Assembly (NCBI GenBank): GCA_013265495.1
Contig: MU058418.1
Location: forward strand, 2,320,917 to 2,384,916
From: Vicugna vicugna
Lineage: Eukaryota
Direction of reading: 5' to 3'
DNA: 64,000 nucleotides
In this document: positions 12,427 through 25,231 of the stretch, one piece after another
Layout of the letters: every line of letters starts with the position of its first letter
Position numbering within the stretch: position 1 is the first letter of the stretch
Notes under the pieces: model-generated
Database searches by the model: none
Seen by the model: only the letters and a program-made list of their open reading frames with translations
Told to the model about the DNA's origin: nothing
Program-made: the position numbers and the translations under genes

Positions 12427-12812
12427 CGTACTAGTCAGTTCAGGCTGCACAACAAAATACCGGGTGGCTTGAACAATTTATTTTCTCACAGCTCTGGAGG
12501 CTGGGAGTTGTAGATCAGGGCGCCAGCATGGTTGGGTTGTGGTGAGGCCTCTCTTCCACCCTTGTAGACAGCCACCTTCTCACTGGGTTCTCACATGACC
12601 TCACATGCATGCTCAGGGAGAGACAGAGAGCAAGGGAGCAAGATCCCTGGTGTCTCTTCTTATAAGGGCACTTATCCCATCCTGAGGGCCTCACCTTCAT
12701 GACCTCATCTAATTCAAAATACCTCCCAAAGGCCCCATCTCCAAATACCACCATATTTGGCATTACTGCTTCAACATTTGAATTTTGAGGAAACACAATT
12801 CTGCCCATAGCA
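12427..12812 (-). mobile_element. MLT1A-like MaLR LTR
   Basis: TTTCTCACAGCTCTGGAGGCTGGGA...CTTCTTATAAGGGCACTTATCCC...ACCTCCCAAAGGCCCCATCTCCAAATACC...CCCATAGCA. Confidence 0.9.
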
Positions 12813-13844
12813 CTCAACAAAAGATGTCTTAAAGGGGTGACATTTAGACTGCTACAGAGAGTGGGCAAGTAGAAAAAGGAGGGCTTTGTACACAGGTATG
12901 CTGGAACCTGGGGTGTGTTGGGGGGAGATGCATACAGGAAAACATACAAGAAATACACTGCTCTTCTCAGAGATCTCACTGCTGTCTCCTGTTGGAGAGA
13001 TCTTCCTTAAGCACAAACCTAGATGTTCTTGGCCCCTTTTCCTCCCGGCCTCTGGGGAGGTGGAGTCTTACCCTCTGGTCGACAGACCACATCCTCCAGC
13101 TTAGCCTCACTCACTAATACACATTTGTACTTTTATCTGTCACTTCTATTATTTCTCAATTTTTTCATTTTCTAAATTGTTCCCAAAACAAGTAAGAAAG
13201 AGGAATAACATTTTGTAGGGGCTTCCCTAGAGACCTCGATAAGGCATTTGGGAAACTAAAGATAGTTCAGAATTGTTGGAATAACAGCTGTGTGGGGCAT
13301 GGAGTGGAAGTGGGAGGGGCAGTAGGAGATGTCCATGTCCTGAGGGAGCAGCATGAATGGTGCGCTAGGTTACTTAGTTAGGGCCCTACCAACAGCCAGG
13401 CTTCATTCACTTTGCATTTGGCTGAGGTGGGAAGGATGGAGTGTGGTCGGGGGTGTTCCACTGAAGGTTAGGAAGTGACATAGAAATGCTAACAAAGAAG
13501 CCAGGGCCTTGGCAGAGGACACTGAGGGGAAGGAATGAACCTAAGTTATAACTAAAAGTAGAATCAAAAGGATTTGGTGATTTGTTGAGTGAGAGAGATA
13601 TTCAAATTGAGAGTAACTCCTGAATTTCTGGTTCCAATTTCATGGAAGATACATTTCTCAGAGATATCACTGCTCACCTAGATGACTTAATCCATCACAG
13701 GCCCCAAGACACTAATCTGGGAAACTGGTCTCTAGTGCCCTGCTAACCCTCTCTCCCAGCCTAAGTCCTTTGGCAATTCCACACCTTAAATTCTAGTGTC
13801 TAGTCCTCACTTCTCCAATGCAGAGGTTAGAGAATCAGAAAACT

Positions 13845-15690
13845 TAAAAAAAATAGTATTTCTAATCAAAAATATTTCAAAATTACAGAAAAGTTGCAGA
13901 AATTATATAGTATCTTACCATTGGAGTCACCAATTATCATTTTGGCATCTTCCTCCCTTTCTAATTGTTATGATTATTACTGCTGAACTATGTGAAAGGA
14001 AATTGCACAATTTTTGCCTCTATCCCCAAATATTTCAGCGTTTATCTCCTATAAACAAGGACATTCTCTTCATAACAACAGTATAATGGTCAATTTTAAG
14101 AACTTAAAAATTAATACAATATTATTATCTAATATATAATCTGTATTCAAATGTCACCAATTACCCAATAATGACTTTTATGGCAATCTTCCCCCAATCC
14201 AAGATCTAATTCAGAATTATGCATTATATTTAGTTGTCATGTCTTTTATTTCATTTAATTCGGAAAATTTCCAGAATTTTTTTTTTTTTGCCTTTCATGA
14301 CTTTGATAATTTTGATGAATGCAGGTAAGTTGTCTTGTAGAATGCCCCCAGTTTGGATTTGTATGGTGAGTCTGGATGTTTATACTCAGGTTACATGCTT
14401 TGGACAGGATTACACCACAAGCAATGCTGTGTCCTTCTCAGTTTATTACTGGAAAATACACCGATGTGGGTGTGTTCCATTACTGGTGATGTTAACTTTG
14501 ATCATCTGGTTGAGGTGGTGCTAGCTAACTGTTTTCACTTAGCTACTTTAAAGTTACTATTTTTCCCTTTGCAATTAGTAGGTTATCTTTTGGGAGAGAC
14601 ATTGAGACTTTCATTGATGACGCTTGCCTGAATCAGTACTATGATGCTGCAAAATGTTGATTTTTGCATTCTATTGTACATTCTATATCTATTTGTTGGC
14701 TTTTTATTTTAAGGATGAGCCTTCCCCTCTTCTTCACTTATTTATTTAATATAAATATGAACTCGTGAAATTTTATTTTTTTCATGGTTTAAATTCATCA
14801 TTATCCTTACTTATTTTCATGCTCAAATCATCAAAGATTTGGACACTAGGATTCCCTTCAAAATATTTCATGTAATCTTGCAACATCCTCTTATCATTTT
14901 ATGAGCATTTCTTACTTTCAAGAATAACAAGACGCCCATCCCTGGATTCAACAATTTCTCCAAAAGTCCTGGCTTTTTTTTTTTTTTGTGGAAAATGGTA
15001 TTTAGGGATCAAGATCTGTGCTACTGGGGTGTCTCTGCCCCATCAGTGGTCAGAGCCAACAGTAACCACTAATCCCAGCCCAACACCAACCACGGATCCC
15101 AATTGGAAAGAAAAAAACAAAACTTTGCTTTTCTTTGGTCCATATGTGTGTCTTCCTTCTCATATAGTAAGAATCCTGAATCCTCCATCTAAATAAAAAT
15201 ATTGATGGTTTTGCTTATTTCTGCAATATGCACAAAATAATTTCAGAATTGCCACATCCTTACTTCTACCAACAATAAACATACTGAAAGTTTAAGACTT
15301 GTTTGTATATCTTTTTGTCTTTAGACTGAGGATAGTTAAAATCCTGTCTTCAAAATTAATTTTTATTTCTCTTCTGTGTGAACTCACTGAAACCTAGGCA
15401 TTCATTTCTGTTTGAATTCAGTTTTCCTTGACTCCCATCCTTGTTTAGCTAAAAATAAACATTAGCATATTTTCAAAATCAGGACTAGATTAAATGTTAT
15501 ACCGAGAGGACTGTTACTCTCTCCTATACCTCTTCTACTCTTTCCACCCATCCCTTGTAGGTAACCAATTTCACTAATTTCTAATTATCTTTCCTATGTT
15601 TCTTTTTGCAAAACACACACATAAGCATGTACGCACACACACACGTGCACACACACACACATTCTTTTTTCCCCTTAGTAATCAGAGTAT
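13845..15690 (-). mobile_element. Old L1MC-like 3' region
   Basis: TTTCAAAATTACAGAAAAGTTGCAG..., AACAAGGACATTCTCTTCATAAC, CCATTACTGGTGATGTTAACTTTGATCATCTGGTTGAGGTGGTG, GGAAAATGGTATTTAGGGATCAAGATCTG are antisense L1MC/L1MD 3' UTR motifs. Confidence 0.8.
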
Positions 15691-15934
15691 TTTTATTCAA
15701 CAACTGTATTGAACAATCTGAGAGCTTCTCTATGAACACAGAGGTCAAAGACAGAGCTGTGATTCTCAAAGACAAGGACAAAGAATACACAGAAGAAAAG
15801 ATAGAATGCAAGGCTTCACACGACAGAATAGTTAAATTGAAGGAGAATTTAGGCATCTCTTCTGTCCATCCCTAGTCACCTCTGGGTGGATAGTCCTCCC
15901 TCTACTGCTTAACTCCCTCCAGAGAGGGAGGTGT

Positions 15935-16130
15935 GCGACATGGAGGTAAAAAGCGCACACCCTGGAACCAGAGACCTACCACTGACCAACTGTGAGGTAT
16001 TGGGCATATCCCTTAACTTCTATAAACCTTGGTTACCTTAGTGTAAAATGTGTATAAAGTTGCCCATCTTATAGAGTGGTTGCGAAGATAAACATGCTTA
16101 GCAAAGCATCTGGTATGCTATATATGTTAG
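15935..16130 (+). mobile_element. MIR SINE
   Basis: CTGTGAGGTATTGGGCATATCCCTTAACTTCTATAAACCTTGGTTACCTTAGTGTAAAATG, a degenerate MIR core. Confidence 0.6.
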
Positions 16131-16190
16131 TTTTTTTCACTTTAATTATGATCAATGTCACCTTGGGGTGGCTGATTGACTCCCTGAATG

Positions 16191-16800
16191 TAGAGTTGCC
16201 AAATAAAATACACAGCACTCAGTTAATTTTAATTTTAGATAAGCAACAAATACATTTTTAGTATAAGTAAATATAAGCTTTTAGTACATTTATGTCTCAT
16301 ACAATATTGCATGAGACATACCTATGCTAAGAATCTATTTGAGAGTTGCCATATGATCCAGCAATCCCACTCCTGGGCATATATACGAAGAAAACTCTGA
16401 TTCAAAAAGATACGTGCACCCCAGTGTTCATAGCAGCACTATTTACAATAGCCAAGACATGAAAGCAACCTAAATGTCCACTGACAGATGAATATTAGAG
16501 TTACCAGGGGGAAAAGGGGTGGAAGGGGGTAAATTGGAAGTCTTGGATTTTCAGATACTAACTACCATATATAAAATAGATGAACAACAAAGTCTTGCTG
16601 TGTAACACAGAGAACTATACTCCATATCCTGTAATAAACCATAATGGAAAAGAATATGAATCACTTTTCTGTACACCAGAAACTAACACATTGTAAATCA
16701 ACTAGACTTCAATTTTTTAAAAAGAATCTATTTATTGTTTACCTGAAATAAAAATGTAACTGGGTGTGCTATATTTTCATTTGCTAATTTTGCAGCCCTA
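16191..16800. mobile_element. MER53 palindromic hAT MITE, interrupted by an L1 fragment
   Basis: Termini TAGAGTTGCCAAATAAAATAC... and ...ATTTGCTAATTTTGCAGCCCTA; degenerate 8-bp TSD CCTGAATG (16183-16190) / CTTGAGTG (16801-16808). Confidence 0.85.
16341..16721 (+). mobile_element. 5'-truncated, internally deleted L1 3' end (cetartiodactyl type) with 12-bp TSD
   Basis: CCATATGATCCAGCAATCCCACTCCTGGGCATATA...CATTGTAAATCAACTAGACTTCAA; TSD AAGAATCTATTT at 16329-16340 and 16722-16733. Confidence 0.93.
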
Positions 16801-17889
16801 CTTGAGTGCCGCTGAGGGATGTAGGCTGTGAGTGCCAGAGCTCCTTAGAGAAGGGAGAAATCACTGCAGAGTCTGGAAAGTTTACTCAACTTCTAATTGA
16901 ATTCTAGCTAAACCTCCTAAGGTATAATTTTCAAAAGGATGAAATTATACTCTCATACAAATTTAAAATGAACATATTAGATATTTTAATTAATTAGGGA
17001 ACCAGTAAGATGTTAAAACCAGTTCAAAGGAGAATTTTGAAGAATACAGACACAGACATACACATACTTGCAGAAACAATTATAGCCCTACTGGATAATA
17101 TACATTATTTGCATTGCTATGGATAAGAACCATTTTTAGTACTCTTAGTTTTCTTTTACTTCTACTTCTATTGGGCTGTGAAATTGCCCAATCATCAAAG
17201 AGACAAAAGGTCCACCAGACAGTGCCCAGATATCACTGAAAGGACATCCAGTGATCTTTTTTGCCCATTTCCAAATCTTTGGTAATTTTTCCCGACAGTC
17301 TTTACTAATACTTTGTTCCCAGAATTCTGCACAGGAGAATGAAACACACATGAAACTCAGAAATTGTACATTCTGGTTTAAAATGTCAATTTGGTAGACT
17401 AGCAATGATGAGAATTGAAGAATGCAAGAAGCAAAACTTAATTTTCGAAAACCGAAGTTGTGATGCCTCTAATTTCTCCTCGGGTATTTATTAAAGTGTC
17501 CCCAAATTGGTAAGTTTCTAATGAAACAGTTGCTTTTAATCATGTGGAAATTTCAATTCATGTTTTAACAGCAACTTTTTTAAAAAATACCAAAAATGAT
17601 CACTTAACAAAGAAGAAATGGTTACTTTGAAAGGAACTACCTGTAATTCTATGAACACAAAAGATCTTTTTTCGGTCTGAGCTTAAAAACAGAAACAAAA
17701 GAAAACAAAAGACTATCTAATAGACAAAATCCTTGGGGAAAATATTTTACAGTCAAAGTGTTTGCTCAACCAGAAAAGGAAGAAGTTCAAAGATTCATGT
17801 GGCAGACTGCCATAGATAATGCTTTGTGAAGAATCCCCAAACTAAACTTTTTGCATTAGAGGAACCACATTTAAAAAATCCAAACTTAA

Positions 17890-18230
17890 AAAAAGTTATA
17901 GTAAAATATACATATCTTAAAACTTACCTTTCTAATCACTTTTAAGTCTACAATCCAATGGCATTAAGTACATTCACGATGCTGTGCAACCATCACAACC
18001 ATCCATTTCCAGCAATTTTTCATCTCGCCAAAGTGAAACTCTGTACCCAGTAAGAAATAACTCCTCAGTCCCGCTCCCCGCCGCCCCTGACAGCCTCTGC
18101 CCTACTCTCTGCTCTGTGAATTTGACTATTCTAGGGACCTCATCTAAGAGGAGTCAGACAACATGTGTCCTTCTGGGGTCTAGCTTATTTCACTTGGCAT
18201 CACATCTTCAAGGTTCATGTTGTAGCACGA
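17890..18230 (-). mobile_element. L1MB-like 3' end
   Basis: GGCATTAAGTACATTCACGATGCTGTGCAACCATCAC...TCTGTGAATTTGACTATTCTAGGGACCTCAT...CTTCAAGGTTCATGTTGTAGCA. Confidence 0.88.
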
Positions 18231-18499
18231 GGAGCCACATTTTATAAAGACAAATCAATACCCCAAAGATCACAGGGAAAAAAAATCCTTCCCATCTAAT
18301 TTCAACCTTCCACATGCACCCTTGAGGACCAATCATACTGATATTTAATAGTCACCTCAAGAGTGCAGGGCTGGGCTTTGATTTCCTTTGTGGAAGTTTC
18401 ATTTCCCACTTCACCAATCAGTGGTAAAAGAGCCCCTTCCTTTCCCCATTTATTAAGCTCTCACACATTCCCGCATACTTTGGGTTCACGGAAAGGGCC

Positions 18500-18640
18500 C
18501 TGGACGTGATGTGACCTTAGGCAACTCAGCTAACTTCTGTGACCTTCAGTTATCAGTGAGATGAAAACAAGAAAAATCACAGCCTGATTGAGTGGTATGA
18601 GATTTGAAGGCTATGTCAAACTGCGAAATAACGTACAAAT
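18500..18640 (+). mobile_element. MIR fragment
   Basis: GTGTGACCTTAGGCAACTCAGCTAACTTCTGTGACCTTCAGTT-like core. Confidence 0.55.
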
Positions 18641-21600
18641 ATCAAGTCAGGCTGTTTGGAGGAGGCCTTTGCAGGGCATGTAAATAAACCATTGTCCTTC
18701 CGCACAAAGCCACCCAAACTGTTTTTAAACCCCATCTACCCTTTAGTCCAGAACAGTAAGACAACAACTAGGATGGCTGTGGTATCTGATCGACAGGAGA
18801 CAGTTTTCCTCCTGCAGTCTCACCATTCCCCTTGAGGATCACAGTGCTGGCGACTCACTGAGTTACTATAGAAAGCAACTTAATACTTAAAAAACAGTAT
18901 CGTTATGCTCACTGCTCTGTGAGGCCAGCAGACAGTCGACGCTGGGTGACCTGCTGATGGCGAAAGGGCTAGAATGGACACTGCCCCCAGACAGGCAGAC
19001 TCTCATTTTTCCAATAGGTTCAATCTTCCTACCACTACCTGTCCGGAGTTGCTAATGAGTGCCAAAATTGACTGCTCTCACCTCCTCTCGCAGCAAGGGC
19101 TCGCCTCTAGTGGAAGTGCTAATGAGCCCTGACGCTGTCTCAGCAGGCTGAGGAGGAGAGGTAAGAGTCTTGAATAATCCACTCACTGTCGCAGAATATT
19201 CCAAAACCACCTATCAAAGGGGAACAGTTATCCTCTCTCTAGCTTCTCCTGCTTGCTCAGAAGCCTCCCGATTCTGTTTTTTTGCATCAGGGTTAACACG
19301 GGTATCTCATTGTGTCATCCTCACACCGTCGACAAGCTCAGACCAGACACAGACCTACTGACACTGACCCCTCAGGAAGCAGAGAGCACTGGCCTGGGGA
19401 GCCCATCCCTGGACTGTGTCTCCTTCACCACTTTTTATCCTGTTTCCCCAGCTGACTGGGTGACAGCTGCTCCAGAAATACTGGCAGAGTGGGCTTGCAT
19501 AGGCTGAAGGAAATGTTAAAAACCTGATTTCAAACTGGAGGTTTGAAGGTTGGGGATGCCCACAGAAGAGGTAGACTGATGCCCACTGCTGCGTGGATGT
19601 CTGCCTGCTGGACCACGTGTGGAAGGAAACACTTTTTGAGAAAGACATGCCCAGGGTGGCGCAGACTTTACGGCAGGGTGATGGGTCGGGTGGAATTGAG
19701 GACCCAGCTGTCAAATGTCAGCTTCCTCCCTGTCTGATTTGTAATAACAAGCATGTGTAACTTTTGTATTAAAAATTCAGTAAAGTGGAAGAGAATAAAT
19801 CTAGGTTTTTCCTGTTGAACAACAGCGTTTCATATCCTGCAGAACACTTCATTTTTCAGTGGACATGAATCACTCGCAGTCTTCTGAGAGCCTAAACCAC
19901 AAACGTGGGTAGGTTTACCCCTCTCTAGGTAAAAAGAATGAATTTCAAAAGAAAATTGGCTATTTCATGACACCCCAAGGCCCTGGTTATCGAAGAAGAG
20001 GGTGTTGGAGATGGGAAGCCTGAATGACTTAGAAAGTAAAGAGATGTGTGGCTCATGGTTAGATTCCCAGTCGGTCTGGCCTGTCAGCCCAGAGGCATCG
20101 TGAGGACACTGAGTTCACAGGCTCAATAACCCAGGCAGTTACTGATGCAATTAAGTTGCTGTGGGCTTTTGCAGCCGCTTTACAGCTGGAAGGCACACTG
20201 GGAGAAGCAAAAATTTAAGCTTAGTTCACTTTAAGGAAGCCAAGTGTCTCTTCTAAATTTCCCCCTGCCCGGGGCTCCCTGTACCTGGAAGACACAGCCT
20301 CAGAACCTGCTATAAACTTAGCTATAAAACAAGCAGTGTACACATGTCCTTTGCCCCAGAGCGCATCTTCTCTGGTCCCCTGGAATCTCATAGCCCAAGT
20401 TACAATCTTTTCTATTATATGAGCTTCATGCAATTCTGCAGGGAGAAATAAAGTCAGAAAAGTAATATTCAAAAAAAAACTAATATTCATAACAAATTTT
20501 TACTGTTTAGGGAAGGAACTCATGAATATTGTTGGATGAAGCATCCTTTCATTCAAGGATGACAAAAAATGCAAACAGAATAAAATAAAACCTATACTGA
20601 TCTTCTGTCACATGGCTCTAGAGAGTCCTGGGTCAAATTATGCCTCTTGAAGTAGAACAGCAACATCAGTTATGTGATATAATGGTCAGTCCTGTCTTCC
20701 AACAACACCACCAAAGAAGTCCTGCCATAGATGTTAGATCAAGAAGATAAAGCATGAGAAAAGAAAAAGCAGGGACTCCGAGACAGAGAAAGTGTTTAAA
20801 TTGTATGTAACAAGGGATTAAGTTGATATCACAGAGACCCTTCCTGGGAGCAAAATTATTAACTGTGGACTGGACCACCAAGAACCATTAGAGGTCCTCA
20901 TTTTCTTAGCAGTTAGACACTTCTTTCTTTCTTTGTGTTGCTACAGATCTCTCCTTGCTTGCAGAGAATGAAGGCACTGGATCTTTAAAGATTCTTCTTG
21001 CATTGGCCCCTATGATTTTCTCCCTTTCTAGTTTCCCAGCATTCATCTTCCATTTGTCATCAGTGATTTGAATATGGACTTTGCTTTCTACGCAGGGCAA
21101 TGCATTTTCTGTCCTGCTTTGAAGATTTAAGAAAGGCTACAGATTCCTCAGGGTTCCAAGAAGGTCTCCTGATTTCTATCACCATCCATGGGGATGAGTT
21201 ACCAAGATGTAGTATATTCAGATTTATCATTCTCTTTCCAACTTCCCCCCAAATACATTTTTGCCCCTGGTTACCTGCCTGCCCTGACATCACATGTTGA
21301 ATGAGTCAGAGCTGTCTCACTTAAATGCAGCCAACACTAAAATTGTGCTATCGATTTCTGATGCTCTCTTTACTTTTCCTTGGTGTTGGTTTGTAAAAGT
21401 TGGTTCAACTAATATTACTCTAAATATGTAATGCTGACATTAGAGCCCTGTCTCTTTCCCCACTTGCCTTGCTTACCGTCATTTATTGGAGTCATTTTTA
21501 CGTCAAAATATTTTTTTTAAGATTTCAAATTATGGATTTTTCCATTCTAAAATAGTTCCAAATGTTATCTAGTCTTTTCTGTGGGGTCATAATAGAACAC

Positions 21601-21659
21601 ATCCATGCTGATTAGATATATCCCTCCTGACATGCATATGGTAATAGTAAACTGGTATT

Positions 21660-21870
21660 AACTGTATACAGCTTTGAGCATCGAAAGACCTGGCTGAAGT
21701 CCTGGCTTCATTGCTTACTACTTGCATGATTTTAGGCAGATTATTCAGCTTCTGTGGGCCCCAGTTTCCTCATTTATAAATTGAGCTCTTCGCATTTATT
21801 GCACAGGGTTTCATGAAGCTCAAATGAGATTACACAGGTAGAGGTGGTTAGCTAATACCGTTATTACTAC
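21660..21870 (+). mobile_element. MIR SINE
   Basis: CTTACTACTTGCATGATTTTAGGCAGATTATTCAGCTTCTGTGGGCCCCAGTTTCCTCATTTATAAA. Confidence 0.75.
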
Positions 21871-24142
21871 TCTCTGATATCCTCGCTCAGCTCTCTTAAA
21901 TTGGATACATAACCCGATAAGGGAGAGTGGTCTTATGGTGGAGACCATGAGAAGGACCAGGGCATGAAAAAGGCTACAATGTCTCCTTTTTTGTGTCCTG
22001 GCTACTGTCATCTCATCCTTCAAGACGCAGCCGAAAAAATCACCTCCTGAGAAGATACCCTTGAATTCTCCAGATCAACATGGGCTTGCTTTTGTTCTCC
22101 AATAGTACCTACCATAAAATTTCTCTCCAACTCTGTAACATAGGTGCCAGAAACCCCCACCTCCAAGAGAACTCAATAGTTAGGAAATTAACAGCTTATT
22201 TGAAAACGTAGATGGAGTAGAGGAGGTTATAAGTGACCTGTGACACTATTTATTACATTTACTAAAATAAAATAATAAAGATGGCATCTTAGATAAAGAG
22301 AATATTAATAACATTCTGCATTAATAATAATGTACAATTGTATAGTTAACATCCATTTAAGAGAAAAATCTCTCTTACTCAGCTGTTTCAATAAAACACT
22401 TCAAAGTGACAATGTTACTTTCTCATAGATAGTATGCCCAATGAAAGGAATTCACTTTTCTATTTGCATTCCCACCAAAATGTTCAAAGCTTTTCTGATT
22501 TTATATCTTAGATTTGTTGGCTCCTGAAGTCTAGTTCTCACTAACTCAAAATAGCTTGGGGGAATTGAGAAGCTTGGCTGCATGGAAGAACCTCAGCTCC
22601 CCAATTCTTGCACCAGACTGAAGCTTTTGCTCTGTCCATGATAACGTCATACACTTCCCTTCAGTTAGCCAATCTGATAAACATCTCCACTTGTCTCCCT
22701 CCAAACGGAGGCTCCCAGCTTCTTTGCTATCTCTCTCAAAATTGCAATAAAAATGTCTCCATCTCAACTCTGCCCTTGACAGTATCTCCCTTGTCCATTC
22801 TGAGCCTCAAGCTCTATCTCCTACACTTCCCACATCTTATTACCTCAAATGGTAGTGATTAAATGCATAGATACTGGAACTAGAATTTTTAGAATTTTAT
22901 ATAAGGGGACAGAGGTTCTGGAGAATTACCACTGTAGTCATCACTTCAGTGTCTGTCTCTCTCACAGACTGAGCTTCGGAGGGCAGGACATTTTCTTATA
23001 CACCATTTTGTCATAAGCATCACGTACAGACTCTGACACATGGGAGGCTCTTGATTCATAGCAATGGAGGGGACGCATACCTGCCAAGAGACCACTTTTG
23101 TGTCCCCTGTCTACTGTCAATTTCAGTCAGATAAAATGAACCTTCTTGGATGTCCTCTTCCAAATTATAATTTCAGCCTCTAAATTAGAAAGCTATAGAA
23201 GGGTAGGAGGAAAAGAAGGCAAAGGAGCTAAAGAACAGATCTGCCTAGTTCTACTCAGCTAAAGGTGGGAGGGGTGGGAGGAGAGCCAGGCTGGCCGGAG
23301 AGTCTTTGGTGAGCAGCTTGGGAGGTGGGGAAAGCCTTAGTGCACATCAGGGAAAAAGTCCAGAAAATGTGCCACATGTCTCCTGCTATCTGCTCTCACA
23401 GCAAGAACTGTCCGGGATTTTGACCCTCCTGGAGGCTGGCCTAGCTGTACTGGGTGCCTGGGATGTGGCCCCCGTATGGGGTTGCAAGCCCAGGACCAGC
23501 AGGTCTGCTCAGATTGTACTGCCACAACCCTCCCTGACCCTTCTTCAAGGTCCAGCCTTAGAGCTTCTTGTGAAGCCATCAGTATAAACGTTCACTCTGA
23601 GTTCTGATTTACTGTCAGCTTGGTGCTCTCCCGGGCTGCCCACTGCCAAGGCATGCACAATTACAACCTCTCTGCTCAGCGTGAATGCACTCTGGGGGTG
23701 GGAGCAGTCTGTCTTTATAGGAACTAAGCAATAATCTAATACTTTTTCCTCTTGCACATGAAAAAGAGGAAAAAAGCTCAAAGAAGCCAAGTTTTCAGGA
23801 CAGAGAAGACAATGCCAGTCCATCAGTAGGAGAAGTCTGGTCTAGTGTAGGGGTGGTGTACAGAGAGGGAGACAGAGGTACTGAGGCTCTTGGCACTGAG
23901 GGTTCCAGACATGCAGAGAGAAATCACTTCACTGTCTTCACTATCACAGGTCCTGAAAATGTCCCAGTTTATCACAGCAAAGTGGTGGATATTTTCACAA
24001 CAGAATTAACCCACAGAATCATGTTAGTCAAAGGTCCTAGAAAAAAAATAATGTCCTATAGGTTACAGTTGCTCCAAGACCATGTCAAAATATTGGATCT
24101 ACCTTTTTGAGATGTTAACTCAGTGAAACAATTGGCTTGCAT

Positions 24143-24380
24143 CTTTTTTTTTTTTAATTAATAGATTTTCTTTTTATAGCAGTTTTAGGTTTACAGAAAA
24201 ATTAAGCAGAAAGTAGAGTTCTCACGTACTCCACCCCCTACTTCCCCACACGATTTCCCCTATTATTAACACCCGGCATTAGTGTGGTACATTTGTTACA
24301 GTTGATGAGCCAATATTGATACATTATTTATTATTATTATATATTATCAGTATATATACTGATATGTTTATTCTATAGTT
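24143..24380 (-). mobile_element. L1MC1-like 3' end
   Basis: Poly-T then AGCAGTTTTAGGTTTACAGAAAAATTAAGCAGAAAGTAGAGTTC...GTGGTACATTTGTTACAGTTGATGAGCC. Confidence 0.85.
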
Positions 24381-24419
24381 ATATGAAGTCAGTTCTGGCC
24401 TCATATGCTACAGAATCCA

Positions 24420-24849
24420 CGTATTAGTTTCCTTAGGCTGCCATAACACAGACATCCAAAATAAAGGTGTTGGCCGGACCATGCGCCCTGAAGCCTCTGC
24501 GGGAGGATCTTCCCTTGCCTGTCCAGCTTCTGGTCGTCCCAGGGGTTCTTTGGCTCGTGGCAGCTGAACTCCATTCTCTGGCTCCATCTTTACACAGAGT
24601 CTTTCCTCTGTGTCTGTATGTTTCGGTGTCTTCACGTGGTGTTCCCTGCTGTGTTTCATGTCAATATCCCTCTTCTTATAAAGGATGAAGTCATATTGGA
24701 TTGAAGCCTATTCTAATGACTTCATCGTAACTTGATTAAAACTGCAAAGACTATTTCCAAATAAGGTCACATTCATAGGTACTGGGGGGTCAGGAGTTCA
24801 GTGTATCTTTTTTTCTTTTGGTGGGGGGTACACAATTTAACTCACAACA
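24420..24849 (-). mobile_element. MLT1C-like MaLR LTR
   Basis: GTATTAGTTTCCTTAGGCTGCCATAACA...CTGCAAAGACTATTTCCAAATAAGGTCACATTCATAGGTACTGGGG...CACAATTTAACTCACAACA. Confidence 0.88.
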
Positions 24850-25231
24850 GCCCACCCTGTCAATAAATAGACCCTGCCTATGCTGACTTTTGAGCTGATC
24901 TCCACGTGATAGGCTTTGTCTTCTGCTCGTGAAGGGGCTCAGTGTTTCCTTCTCCTTTCCTCTTGTCCTTCCTCTGGTCCTCTCGGGCTGTCCTCCGCCT
25001 GACATCTGAGAGAGTAGGCAGGGCAGAGACCACTCTGAGCAACTCTCAGTATCAAGTGGATTATACCCTTTCATGTCCATGGGGCCGTAGTAAATGAACT
25101 TTGGTTGTAATACATGTAATTTATATATATCTCCCTAAAACTCTCCTAGTTAATCAGGTAAGTGAGCGTGGAAATGTCAGCCCGGAGGCAGGATCAGACA
25201 CAATTTTAAAATTTCACCATATTTTAATTCA

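Noticed and set aside
20920..21300. Acceptor-like sites (CTACAG at 20946, ACGCAG at 21095) and short ORFs
   Set aside because: No matching strong donor or recognisable peptide; frames after the first acceptor hit stops quickly.
23853..24110. Possible coding exon (GPENVPVYHSKVVDIF...)
   Set aside because: An acceptor-like site exists, but there is no convincing donor and the peptide is unrecognised.
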